The notes beneath the pieces are model-generated. The model had not been told where the DNA came from. It searched no databases and saw only the letters and a program-made list of their open reading frames with translations. Position numbers and translations under genes: made by a program. Positions 10,937-19,751 of a stretch of DNA of 63,445 nt are shown here, in pieces. Numbering within the stretch: the stretch's first letter is position 1; every line of letters starts with the position of its first letter. Origin of the DNA: an uncultured Bacteroidales bacterium (GTDB lineage: Bacteria > Bacteroidota > Bacteroidia > Bacteroidales > JAAAOM01); NCBI GenBank assembly GCA_964652315.1, contig CAZZBU010000006.1, positions 1-63,445 on the forward strand, written 5' to 3'.

Positions 10937-11021
10937 TTATTATGATTTATCTTTAATTATTTAATTTGTAAACTGACACTAAATATAATAATTTTAATTA
11001 TTTCTATTGATAGTTAAGCAA

Positions 11022-12383
11022 CTATAAAAATACTGCATACATAATCCGCCCTAAAACAAAATAAATGAACAACCCCAGTATATCGTTAAATGTCGTTATA
11101 AACGGCCCGGTGGCAAGTGCAGGATCAATTTTGAACCTGTTCAGAGCAAGGGGGATAAAAGTGCCAAAAAGGGAGGCACAAATTATCACAGCCAACAGGG
11201 ACGAGCTAACGGTAAGTGTAAGCGGCAACGAATCGGTGGCAAAGTAGCTGTATAACAAAATTAACGCAGCCATAATAAACCCGTTTATCAGGGATACGCC
11301 CAGTTCCTTTAGTAATTTCTGGAAGGTGCTTTCAAGTCCAAGGGAGTTACTTGCCAGGCTTTGTACAATAATAGACGATGATTGCACACCGGCATTACCC
11401 CCCATGGCAGCAACAAGGGGAACAAAAAAAGCCATCTGGGGGTATAATTCCAGCTCGAGCTCATAATTGGCAATGACCAGGGAACCAAAAACACCCCCTA
11501 CCAGTCCAACCAAAAGCCAGGGAAGCCTAGCCCTCGTGAGCAGCCATACTTTATCTGTTGATTCTACGTCTTCTGTGATACCCGAAATCATCTGGTAATC
11601 TTTCTCAGCTTCTTCACGGATAACATCCACCACATCATCAATGGTGATTCGTCCCAGCAAACGCCCAATGGCATCAACCACTGGCAGAGATACCAGGTCA
11701 TACTTTTCCATAATCTGGGCCACTTCTTCTGATGGTGTATCCGTCTTTACATAAATGATGTCCGAGTTTTGAATGTTTTTGATCTTGGCTGATGTTTTGG
11801 TAAGTAACATGCGTTTAAGCGATAATGTCCCCTTTAAAATACCATCATCATCTATAACATAAACATAATACAGTTCATCTATTTCCTCAGCTTGTTTCCG
11901 CATTTCCCGGATGCAGGTTACAATGTCCCAGTTTTCATTCACGGTGATGACCTCTTTTGCCATAAGACCACCTGCTGTATTCTCCTTATAATGCAAGAGG
12001 TCAACAATATCACCTGCATGTTCAAGGTCAGCAATATTTTGCAGTACTTCTTCCTGCTTCTCTTCTGAAAGCTCACCAAGTACATCGGCAGCATCGTCCG
12101 AATCCATTTCGCCAATAATCTGCCTGGCAATGATTTCCCCCGGAAGTGCATTTAAAAGTTTTTCCCTGTCGTTGTCTTCCAGCTCAAGAAGCATATCAGC
12201 TGCCTTCTCATGGTCGAGCAACAGGTATAAAAATTTTGATTCCTGTTCATCCAGGTTTTTATATATCTCTGCCAGGTCGGCCGGATGCAAATCCCTGACC
12301 AACTGAAAGACTTTAACTTCGTCTTTGTCAGCAATTTTTGTTTTCAGTTCCTCCAGGAACTCTTTGGTTAATTCGAAATGCAT
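11022..12383 (-). CDS. mgtE: Magnesium transporter MgtE
   Basis: LHPADLAE N-domain, CBS pair (TAGGLM), TIDDVVDV, MGGNAGVQSS, IDPALATGPFITT. Confidence 0.95.
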   Translation of the reverse strand: MHFELTKEFLEELKTKIADKDEVKVFQLVRDLHPADLAEIYKNLDEQESKFLYLLLDHEKAADMLLELEDNDREKLLNALPGEIIARQIIGEMDSDDAADVLGELSEEKQEEVLQNIADLEHAGDIVDLLHYKENTAGGLMAKEVITVNENWDIVTCIREMRKQAEEIDELYYVYVIDDDGILKGTLSLKRMLLTKTSAKIKNIQNSDIIYVKTDTPSEEVAQIMEKYDLVSLPVVDAIGRLLGRITIDDVVDVIREEAEKDYQMISGITEDVESTDKVWLLTRARLPWLLVGLVGGVFGSLVIANYELELELYPQMAFFVPLVAAMGGNAGVQSSSIIVQSLASNSLGLESTFQKLLKELGVSLINGFIMAALILLYSYFATDSLPLTLTVSSSLLAVIICASLFGTFIPLALNRFKIDPALATGPFITTFNDILGLFIYFVLGRIMYAVFL

Positions 12384-12394
12384 GTTTCAAAATA

Positions 12395-13159
12395 TTAACT
12401 ATTGTAAGCTTCAATGGCCTGAGCAAGCGCCACAAAGTTAACCACTTCTAATTGTTCTGCCCGTTTATTTAAAAGAGAATGTGAAAATCCCTCAGGCAAA
12501 TGGTTTTTAATGGCATTTCTCAGGGTTTTTCTGCGATGGTTGAATCCCGATTTTACCAAAGCAAAAAAAAGGCTTTCATCACAGGGATATTGAGTAACCT
12601 TATTGCGCTTAAGGCGCATCACAGCGGATTTTACTTTTGGTGGCGGGTGAAAAACTCCAGGACTTACGGTAAAAAGATATTTTACTTCGAAATATGCCTG
12701 CATTAATACACTGAGAATGCCATAGGTTTTGTTTCCTGCCGGTGAACAAATCCTGTCGGCTACCTCTTTTTGAACCATGAAAACACATTCATCTACAAAT
12801 TCCCTGTTATCCAGTACTTTAAAAAAAATCTGACTGGAAATGTTATATGGCAGATTGCCGATGAGGGCCATGTTCTCCCCTGCAATTTCGGACAGGTTAA
12901 TTTTTAAAATATCCTTATGGATTATTTTTAGTTCGGGAAGGGCGTTTTTCAGGTATTCAACTGAATCGTCATCAACCTCAATCACTTGGAAGTTTTTATA
13001 TTTTTCATTCAGGTAAGTGGTAAGAACACCGGTCCCCGGACCAATTTCAATGACTTCGCCAGATATTTCCTGCTGAAGGGATTGGACTATTTTGAGGGCA
13101 ATATTCCTGTCTTTAAGAAAATGTTGTCCAAAGCTCTTTTTTGGCCTTACCTGCTGCAT
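12395..13159 (-). CDS. rsmA: 16S rRNA dimethyladenosine transferase
   Basis: KKSFGQHFL, EIGPGTG, GNLPYNISS, FHPPPKVKS. Confidence 0.96.
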   Translation of the reverse strand: MQQVRPKKSFGQHFLKDRNIALKIVQSLQQEISGEVIEIGPGTGVLTTYLNEKYKNFQVIEVDDDSVEYLKNALPELKIIHKDILKINLSEIAGENMALIGNLPYNISSQIFFKVLDNREFVDECVFMVQKEVADRICSPAGNKTYGILSVLMQAYFEVKYLFTVSPGVFHPPPKVKSAVMRLKRNKVTQYPCDESLFFALVKSGFNHRRKTLRNAIKNHLPEGFSHSLLNKRAEQLEVVNFVALAQAIEAYNS

Positions 13160-13343
13160 GTATTATTTTATTATGCTTATGATGAAAATTTCACTTGAAG
13201 CAATTAAACTTTGTCTTTTTGCTTTTGTTAACGAATCTAATTCTAATTATCAAGAATTAAATGTTATTCAACAAAAAAATATCTGGTGACGTAACCAATC
13301 CAATTATTTTTCGTGTAGTAGTTACTACCTGCCGGAAAATGGA

Positions 13344-13351
13344 TAGGTTTG
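13344..13351 (+). promoter_or_regulatory. sigmaA -7 element upstream of patB
   Basis: TAGGTTTG matches TAnnTTTG, 17 nt before the ATG. Confidence 0.45.
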
Positions 13352-13367
13352 AGCAAAAATTCATTTT

Positions 13368-14543
13368 ATGTACGATTTTGATAAGATTATTCCCAGAGAA
13401 AATACCGACGCAATCAAATATGAGGTGAGAAAGGAATATTTTGGGAATCCTGATTTAATTCCCATGTGGGTTGCCGACATGGATATTGAAACACCTTCCT
13501 TCATTGTGGATGCCATGCAACAGCGCTTAAATCATCGTATTTATGGTTATACGCTCAGGGGTAAGGATTTTAATGATAGCATCTGTAAATGGAACCTCAA
13601 ACGGAATCAGTGGGAAATTAAACCAGAATGGATTTCGTTTTCTCCTGGTATTGTGCCTGCAGTAAACATGCTTGTAATGGCATTTACGGAACCCGGTGAT
13701 AAAATTCTGGTTCAGACGCCGGTTTATTTTCCTTTTTTTTCAGCAGTAAAAAACCATCGTCGTGAATTGGTTACTAATTCACTGCATGTTAACGGGAAAG
13801 AATATACCATTGACTTCGAAACACTGGAAAAACAATTGGCTTCGGGAGTGAAAATGGCTATCCTTTGCAGCCCCCATAATCCTGTCGCACGAGTCTGGAA
13901 AAAAGAAGAACTCGAAGCTTTTGCAGCCTTGTGCCTGAAATATAATGTGCTTATTATTTCTGACGAAATCCACAGTGATTTGATTTTTCCGGGGCATAAA
14001 CACATTCCATTAAGTACGCTTTCCGAGGAAATTGCCCAACAAACCATAACGTGTATGGCCCCGAGCAAAACATTTAATTTAGCCGGGTTGTCAACATCCT
14101 TCCTTGTTATGCCCAACAAAGTACATAGAAGAAAATATGAAAAAATCCTTGATGACGTGCACGTAGGAGCAGGAAATATATTCGGGAATGTGGCATTAAC
14201 GGCAGCATATACCCACGGAGGTACCTGGGTGGATGAGCTGATGCTGTATTTGGATGGCACAGTAAACATGATGCAGGAATTCTTCGAAAATGAATTGCCC
14301 CAGGTTAAAATGGTACATCCTGAAGGAACTTATCTTGTCTGGCTTGACTTCAGAAGCCTTAATCTTGCGCCCAAAGAGTTAACGAAATTCCTGATCCACG
14401 AGGCTGGAGTAGGCTTTAGTGACGGTGTGATTTTTGGTGAGGAGGGTGCAGGATTTCAACGTATAAATATCGGTTGCCCCCGCGAAGTGGTCAAAAAGGC
14501 ATTAAAAAGAATTAGTATTGCATTGAAAAATCGAAATTTTTAG
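13368..14543 (+). CDS. patB: PLP-dependent C-S lyase, MalY/PatB family
   Basis: PMWVADMD, CSPHNPVARVW, SDEIHSD, APSKTFNLAG, EGTYLVWLD. Confidence 0.88.
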   Translation: MYDFDKIIPRENTDAIKYEVRKEYFGNPDLIPMWVADMDIETPSFIVDAMQQRLNHRIYGYTLRGKDFNDSICKWNLKRNQWEIKPEWISFSPGIVPAVNMLVMAFTEPGDKILVQTPVYFPFFSAVKNHRRELVTNSLHVNGKEYTIDFETLEKQLASGVKMAILCSPHNPVARVWKKEELEAFAALCLKYNVLIISDEIHSDLIFPGHKHIPLSTLSEEIAQQTITCMAPSKTFNLAGLSTSFLVMPNKVHRRKYEKILDDVHVGAGNIFGNVALTAAYTHGGTWVDELMLYLDGTVNMMQEFFENELPQVKMVHPEGTYLVWLDFRSLNLAPKELTKFLIHEAGVGFSDGVIFGEEGAGFQRINIGCPREVVKKALKRISIALKNRNF

Positions 14544-14648
14544 TAAATTCATCGTTAAAAATGAAAGGTATGTAGTGCTGGTTTACAGCAAATAATTGTT
14601 ATCTTGGCAAGTTACATACGCTTTGTTTGTTGAAAAAAATTAAACAGA

Positions 14649-16310
14649 ATGAAGATAAAACTATCTATTGCTGCAAAAATCGGGTTAGGTTTCGGAATAA
14701 TAATTCTGGCACTCCTTGCAAATGCTGCATTTACATGGCGGACTCTTAACAAGAGTGAAGATGTGAATGAACGGATAAAGAATATCTATAACCCATCTAC
14801 TGAGAATTTAAATCAGATGATTCGCCTTGTGGATAATTCCAGGATGCTTATCCGAAGTTGGGTTTTTATCGATAAAAAACCTGAAACAGCAGATAAAAGA
14901 GCATTGGTAGATATTCATGAAGTAGAATTTCCGGAAGTTGACAGCGCATTAACTGCCCTGACCCAATACTGGGAAGATCCGGAAGAAAGGCAGATGTATA
15001 CTGATTTATCAAAAACCATTCGTGATACTTTATTTCCCAAGCATCAATACATTATGGGATTACTGAACACTTTTGACAGCTATGATGATCCCCTTACCAT
15101 TTTTGAGGTAGTCCCCATGGTTGAAGAAGGTGGTGAGGTTATGGTACTTACCGATACTATTATCAATCAGCTTGAAAGGATAACCGTTAATCATGAAAAC
15201 ATCATTCAGGAGGCAAGGCAGGAAATGGATTCCCTCTTTGCTCGTTTTGGACGGTTTATTGTTGTTGCAGGTATCATCCTTATCCTGTTTAGCATAATTT
15301 CTGCTGTATTAACTACACGAACATTAACCAGGCCTATCAATGAAATTAAAAACGTATTGCTTCGCATGGCAAAAGGGATTATGCCTAAAAAGCGCATTGA
15401 AGAAGGCAGAGATGAGATTGGGCAAATGTCAATTGCCCTGAACCAGTTGGTAGGCAGCCTTAAAGATGTCACAAATTTTGCTGATGAAATTGGAAAAGGA
15501 AACTTCAAAACCGATTTTAAACCCCTGAGCGAAGAGGATGATTTAGGTAATTCGCTCATCAGGATGCGGGATGAATTACAAAACGCTGCTGAAGAAGAAG
15601 AAAAACGCAGGAAAGAGGATGCTCAACGAAACTGGGCAACCCAGGGACAGGCCAAATTTGCTGAAATTCTGCGTCAAAACAATGATAATACAGAAGAGCT
15701 TTCATACAACATTATCAGCAACCTGGTAAAATATCTGGATGCAAACCAGGGCGGTGTTTTTCTTATCAACAATTCCGAAAAATCAGATGTGCATATTGAG
15801 TTGAGTGCATGTTATGCTTATGACAGGCGAAAATACATGCATAAACGGCTCGAAATGAATGAAGGGCTAATTGGCAGATGTATCCTTGAAAAAGCCTCGA
15901 TTTATATGACTGATATTCCAAATGATTATATTAGGATTACCTCTGGATTGGGTGGTGATAATCCAAGGTCCTTATTGTTGGTGCCGCTGATTTTGAATGA
16001 TGAAATATTTGGGGTGATTGAAATTGCTTCGTTCAAACAAATAGAAACGTATCAGATTGAATTTGTTGAACGTATAGCTGAAAGCATTGCATCCACCATT
16101 GCAACGGTACGCACAAATATACAAACTACTTTGTTGCTTGAGCAATCGCAGCAACAGGCCGAAGAAATGTCGGCCCAGGAAGAAGAGATGCGACAAAACA
16201 TGGAGGAGCTACGTGCTACCCAGGAACAATCGGCCCGACGTGAGAAAGAGCTGCAACGTGAACTGGAAAAAGCAAAAGTCAAGCTAAAAGAATTCGGTTC
16301 TGAAATCTAG
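14649..16310 (+). CDS. Membrane sensor: four-helix periplasmic domain, HAMP, GAF and C-terminal coiled coil; no catalytic output
   Basis: Two TM segments, HAMP (RDEIGQMSIALNQL...EDDLGNSL), GAF (ANQGGVF...GLIGRC...FGVIEIAS), then a Q/E-rich coil. Confidence 0.75.
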   Translation: MKIKLSIAAKIGLGFGIIILALLANAAFTWRTLNKSEDVNERIKNIYNPSTENLNQMIRLVDNSRMLIRSWVFIDKKPETADKRALVDIHEVEFPEVDSALTALTQYWEDPEERQMYTDLSKTIRDTLFPKHQYIMGLLNTFDSYDDPLTIFEVVPMVEEGGEVMVLTDTIINQLERITVNHENIIQEARQEMDSLFARFGRFIVVAGIILILFSIISAVLTTRTLTRPINEIKNVLLRMAKGIMPKKRIEEGRDEIGQMSIALNQLVGSLKDVTNFADEIGKGNFKTDFKPLSEEDDLGNSLIRMRDELQNAAEEEEKRRKEDAQRNWATQGQAKFAEILRQNNDNTEELSYNIISNLVKYLDANQGGVFLINNSEKSDVHIELSACYAYDRRKYMHKRLEMNEGLIGRCILEKASIYMTDIPNDYIRITSGLGGDNPRSLLLVPLILNDEIFGVIEIASFKQIETYQIEFVERIAESIASTIATVRTNIQTTLLLEQSQQQAEEMSAQEEEMRQNMEELRATQEQSARREKELQRELEKAKVKLKEFGSEI

Positions 16311-16375
16311 TACCAGGGTTTACAACAAAATGGTTGATGCCTTGCATTGGCTCGTGCCAAAGCCAGCAAATATCC

Positions 16376-16840
16376 TTAAATTTTCACGGGGTTTACCTGA
16401 TTGATATCACAGTTATGTGTAGTCTTATCAATGTTTGCGCCCATTTTTTTGTACAGATTTATGGCATTTTTGTTCCATGAAGATACCTGCCAACGCAGCC
16501 GCCGGCAATTTTCCCTTTGTGCTGTTTTTTTGATTTCTTCCAACAGGGCTGTCCCTATTCCGTTATTTCGGTATGCTTTCTTAACAACCAAATCATCCAG
16601 ATAGAGGGATTTACCTACCCAGGTATAATAAGCAACGAAATAAACAGCAATACCAATGATTTCCTTATTATCCTTTTCTGCTACAAGGCACTTAAAGAAT
16701 TCCTGCTCTTTTTTCATTTGCCGGGGAGAGTTTAATACATGGTTGGCAATTCCCTGAAAGTCAGCCAGTTCATGTATTAAACCCATAATATTTTCAAAAT
16801 CGGCTTCAACAGCCATCCGGATAATGTACTGCATTTTCAA
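16376..16840 (-). CDS. GNAT N-acetyltransferase (SSAT-like)
   Basis: YYTWVGKSLYLDDLVV, YRNNGIGTAL, WQVSSWN. Confidence 0.85.
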   Translation of the reverse strand: MKMQYIIRMAVEADFENIMGLIHELADFQGIANHVLNSPRQMKKEQEFFKCLVAEKDNKEIIGIAVYFVAYYTWVGKSLYLDDLVVKKAYRNNGIGTALLEEIKKTAQRENCRRLRWQVSSWNKNAINLYKKMGANIDKTTHNCDINQVNPVKI

Positions 16841-16849
16841 AGCAGAATT

Positions 16850-18298
16850 TTAATTAATGGTTTGTGTTGGAATAAACATATCACTAACAGTCAAATCACA
16901 TTCTTCAATCATCTCCAGGCAGTACTCCAGTCTGTTTAAATCATTATAGGATGTGTTGTTCGTACCAAAACTGAATTTAACCCCTTTTGCCTTAGCACGT
17001 TTGATAAATTCTTTATTGGGAATCTTATACCTGTCGTTAATTTCAAAAGCAACTCCTGATGAAACCAGGGCATCAATAACTTTATCCATTCGTTCCGGGG
17101 TCCATAAGGCATCATATTCCCCGGCAATTGAATCCGGCAAATAGGTGGCATTGACATAAATATCGATGGGCTCGGTGGTTACAATGTTTACAATATGCCT
17201 GACATACATATCCATAAATGCTTGTTTGTCATCAATATGCACTTCTTCGGGTATCCATAGGTGTACTCTGTTTCCATCTGCCTCGGTGTAGGTCATGGCA
17301 TCGGTAAAAACATAATCAAAATGATTGATGGCCTCTTCTGAAAAAATATCCACCCATTCACGGCCTTCGGCCTGCATGGCTTTAAAAATAGGCAAAGCTT
17401 CAAGGTTTTGGTTAATGTAATTTTTAAGTTTTTCGTCGGTGTTAATTTCAAAATCAAGTCCGCAATTTACGGCTATACCATAATTTATTCCATCAATCAT
17501 GGATTTAGTCAGGGCTTGTTCCATGGTCATCCCGTCTTTAAGATGAACATGTGCATCAATCAGTGGAAAGCCGTCCAAATGTAAACGTGTAATCATTGCA
17601 TTATATGCAGGATCGACAGGATCGCGCACATCGTCAAACTCTGCATCATCCGGAAGGGGTTTAATCATAATGTTTTTAAAATATACCGGTATATCCGGAT
17701 CATGTGCCTGAATAGCCATGGTGCCTTCATCCAGTAAACGCCCTGAAAAGCCTTCATTACGAACCGGATCCGTGGGTTCAATATAATCCACCACCTGAAT
17801 TTCATTGACAAAAACCTTAATGCGTTTTCCCTTTACCTGAATGTGAATATTAAACCATTCATTATCCGGCACAAATTGCATATATAAGTTACGGATTCCA
17901 TAGAGGCTTCCGGTTTTTTTTCGCTCGATGTAGCCATCCGGATTTCCCTCATGGGTATTGCTGATTTGAACCTCATATCCCTTTGACGGCCAGCCTTCTT
18001 CCTGATATTCCGTATGGAAATAAATACCTGAATTTCCATTGGGCGAAGTTTTTACATCAGCTTTAAATTCGAAATTTCTAAAAGTTGCGTTATTTACATC
18101 ACCTTCATAAAACAAGTGCGAGCGTTCACCTTCAGAAACAAGAATGTCATTTTCGATGTAAAATGAACCCTTATTTTCGGAAGCACGCCAGCCCTCAAGT
18201 GATGTTCCGTCAAAAATAGTTATCCATTCCGGTTCTGTTGCTGATTTACAACCTGCCAGAAGAATCAATCCGAGCAAGGGTAAAAGAGATTTTTTCAT
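16850..18298 (-). CDS. Lipoprotein: DUF1080 (3-keto-disaccharide hydrolase-like) domain fused to a PHP/amidohydrolase-like domain
   Basis: LAGC lipobox; IFDGTSLEGW, NSGIYFH, GYEVQI, IQAHD; C-terminal DAHVH, FEIN and FSFGTN. Confidence 0.72.
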   Translation of the reverse strand: MKKSLLPLLGLILLAGCKSATEPEWITIFDGTSLEGWRASENKGSFYIENDILVSEGERSHLFYEGDVNNATFRNFEFKADVKTSPNGNSGIYFHTEYQEEGWPSKGYEVQISNTHEGNPDGYIERKKTGSLYGIRNLYMQFVPDNEWFNIHIQVKGKRIKVFVNEIQVVDYIEPTDPVRNEGFSGRLLDEGTMAIQAHDPDIPVYFKNIMIKPLPDDAEFDDVRDPVDPAYNAMITRLHLDGFPLIDAHVHLKDGMTMEQALTKSMIDGINYGIAVNCGLDFEINTDEKLKNYINQNLEALPIFKAMQAEGREWVDIFSEEAINHFDYVFTDAMTYTEADGNRVHLWIPEEVHIDDKQAFMDMYVRHIVNIVTTEPIDIYVNATYLPDSIAGEYDALWTPERMDKVIDALVSSGVAFEINDRYKIPNKEFIKRAKAKGVKFSFGTNNTSYNDLNRLEYCLEMIEECDLTVSDMFIPTQTIN

Positions 18299-18440
18299 CT
18301 TTTTTGTTTTAATTAAGTTTACAAACCGTTTAGTATATTTAACTGATAAAAAAAACGATGTGTGTATTCAACTTTTTTTTTTAACTTCATTTCAGGATAA
18401 TTAGAACCTAAAATTTATTTACTAATTACTTAACTTTATA

Positions 18441-19622
18441 ATGAATTCTAAAGAAATCATACTTATTGTTGATGATTTTGATACGAATATACAAATCCTG
18501 ATTGAAATACTTGGTGAGGATAACTATCAATTTCTTACTGCCGAAGATGGTGAGAAAGCCATAGATATTCTAAAAATTCACCATGTTGATCTTGTGTTGC
18601 TGGATATCTTTATGCCACACGTGTCAGGATATGAAGTTTGTGAGTTTATAAAATCCGATCCTTCTTTGAAAGAAATTCCTGTGATATTTATTACCACCCT
18701 GCATGGAGAAGAAGGTGTAATCAAGGGATTTGAACTGGGAGCACAAGATTATATAACAAAACCTTTTAAAAACGGAGAACTTATTGCCCGCGTTAAAACT
18801 CAAATAGAGTTGAAACGAAACCGTGAAATCCTGAAAAATACAAATGAAGAACTTGAATTAAAAGTACGGGAAAAAACAGCCGAGTTGAACGAAGCAGTCG
18901 ATAATTTAAAGTTAACGCTTAGGCAGCTTGAAAAAGCACATGAAGAACTCGTTGAACTGGATCGGACTAAGATGCAATTCCTCAAAATAATCAGCCACGA
19001 AATGAAAACGCCTTTGAACGGAATATTGGGTTTTTCAAAGCTTTTGGCTGATAGCGATATGGAACATAAGTATAAGGCATCAATTCACCTGATCAATGAA
19101 TCGGCCATCAGACTGGAGGAATTTTCAAATGATGCCCTTTTGATTTCACAGTTGTCGCTTGGAAATTATAGCCTTAATCCGGAAGAGTTTAATATCCATG
19201 AGGTGGTGAATGAAATAGAATTAAGTTTTCATTCAGAACCTTATCAAAGATTTACTTTAATAAATGAAATTTCCTCGGATTTGTACCTCAATTTCGATAA
19301 GCATCTTTTTGAACAATGTTTGCGTCATATTATTGACAATGCCATTGCTCATGGAGGTGAGAATGTGAAAATCCGCGTTTCCGGAATCCTCACAGCTGAT
19401 GATACTCTTCAGTTGACCATCAGTGATAACGGCAGGGGTTTCTCCGAAAAGCTGATTAAGCAAGGAATAAAACTCTTCATGTCTGAACGGCATGTGGATA
19501 AAAATCCGGGATTGGGACTTGCGCTGACCGAATTAATCATGAAGCAAAATGGAGGCAGCCTGCATTTGAAAAACGGTGCCGATGGCGGCGCCATGGTCTT
19601 TCTCAGTTTTCCTTTGACCTGA
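18441..19622 (+). CDS. Hybrid REC-histidine kinase
   Basis: VDD/LLDIFMP/KPF receiver, SHEMKTPLN H-box, DNAIAH, SDNGRGF, GLGLAL. Confidence 0.9.
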   Translation: MNSKEIILIVDDFDTNIQILIEILGEDNYQFLTAEDGEKAIDILKIHHVDLVLLDIFMPHVSGYEVCEFIKSDPSLKEIPVIFITTLHGEEGVIKGFELGAQDYITKPFKNGELIARVKTQIELKRNREILKNTNEELELKVREKTAELNEAVDNLKLTLRQLEKAHEELVELDRTKMQFLKIISHEMKTPLNGILGFSKLLADSDMEHKYKASIHLINESAIRLEEFSNDALLISQLSLGNYSLNPEEFNIHEVVNEIELSFHSEPYQRFTLINEISSDLYLNFDKHLFEQCLRHIIDNAIAHGGENVKIRVSGILTADDTLQLTISDNGRGFSEKLIKQGIKLFMSERHVDKNPGLGLALTELIMKQNGGSLHLKNGADGGAMVFLSFPLT

Positions 19623-19751
19623 CCACTTCTTATGCCATATCGCTGAACAACAGACGAATGCACAACCCGACCTTTTTTTAAAAAATAGTATCTTTATTAA
19701 ACGATTTACGTAGAACAGTTTACACCATTAGATTTACAAAACAGATAATAG

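Noticed and set aside
16344-16360. TTGGCACG...TGC on the minus strand resembling a sigma54 promoter
   Set aside because: GC lies one base too far from GG (sigma54 spacing is strict), and it would fire antisense into the GAF gene.
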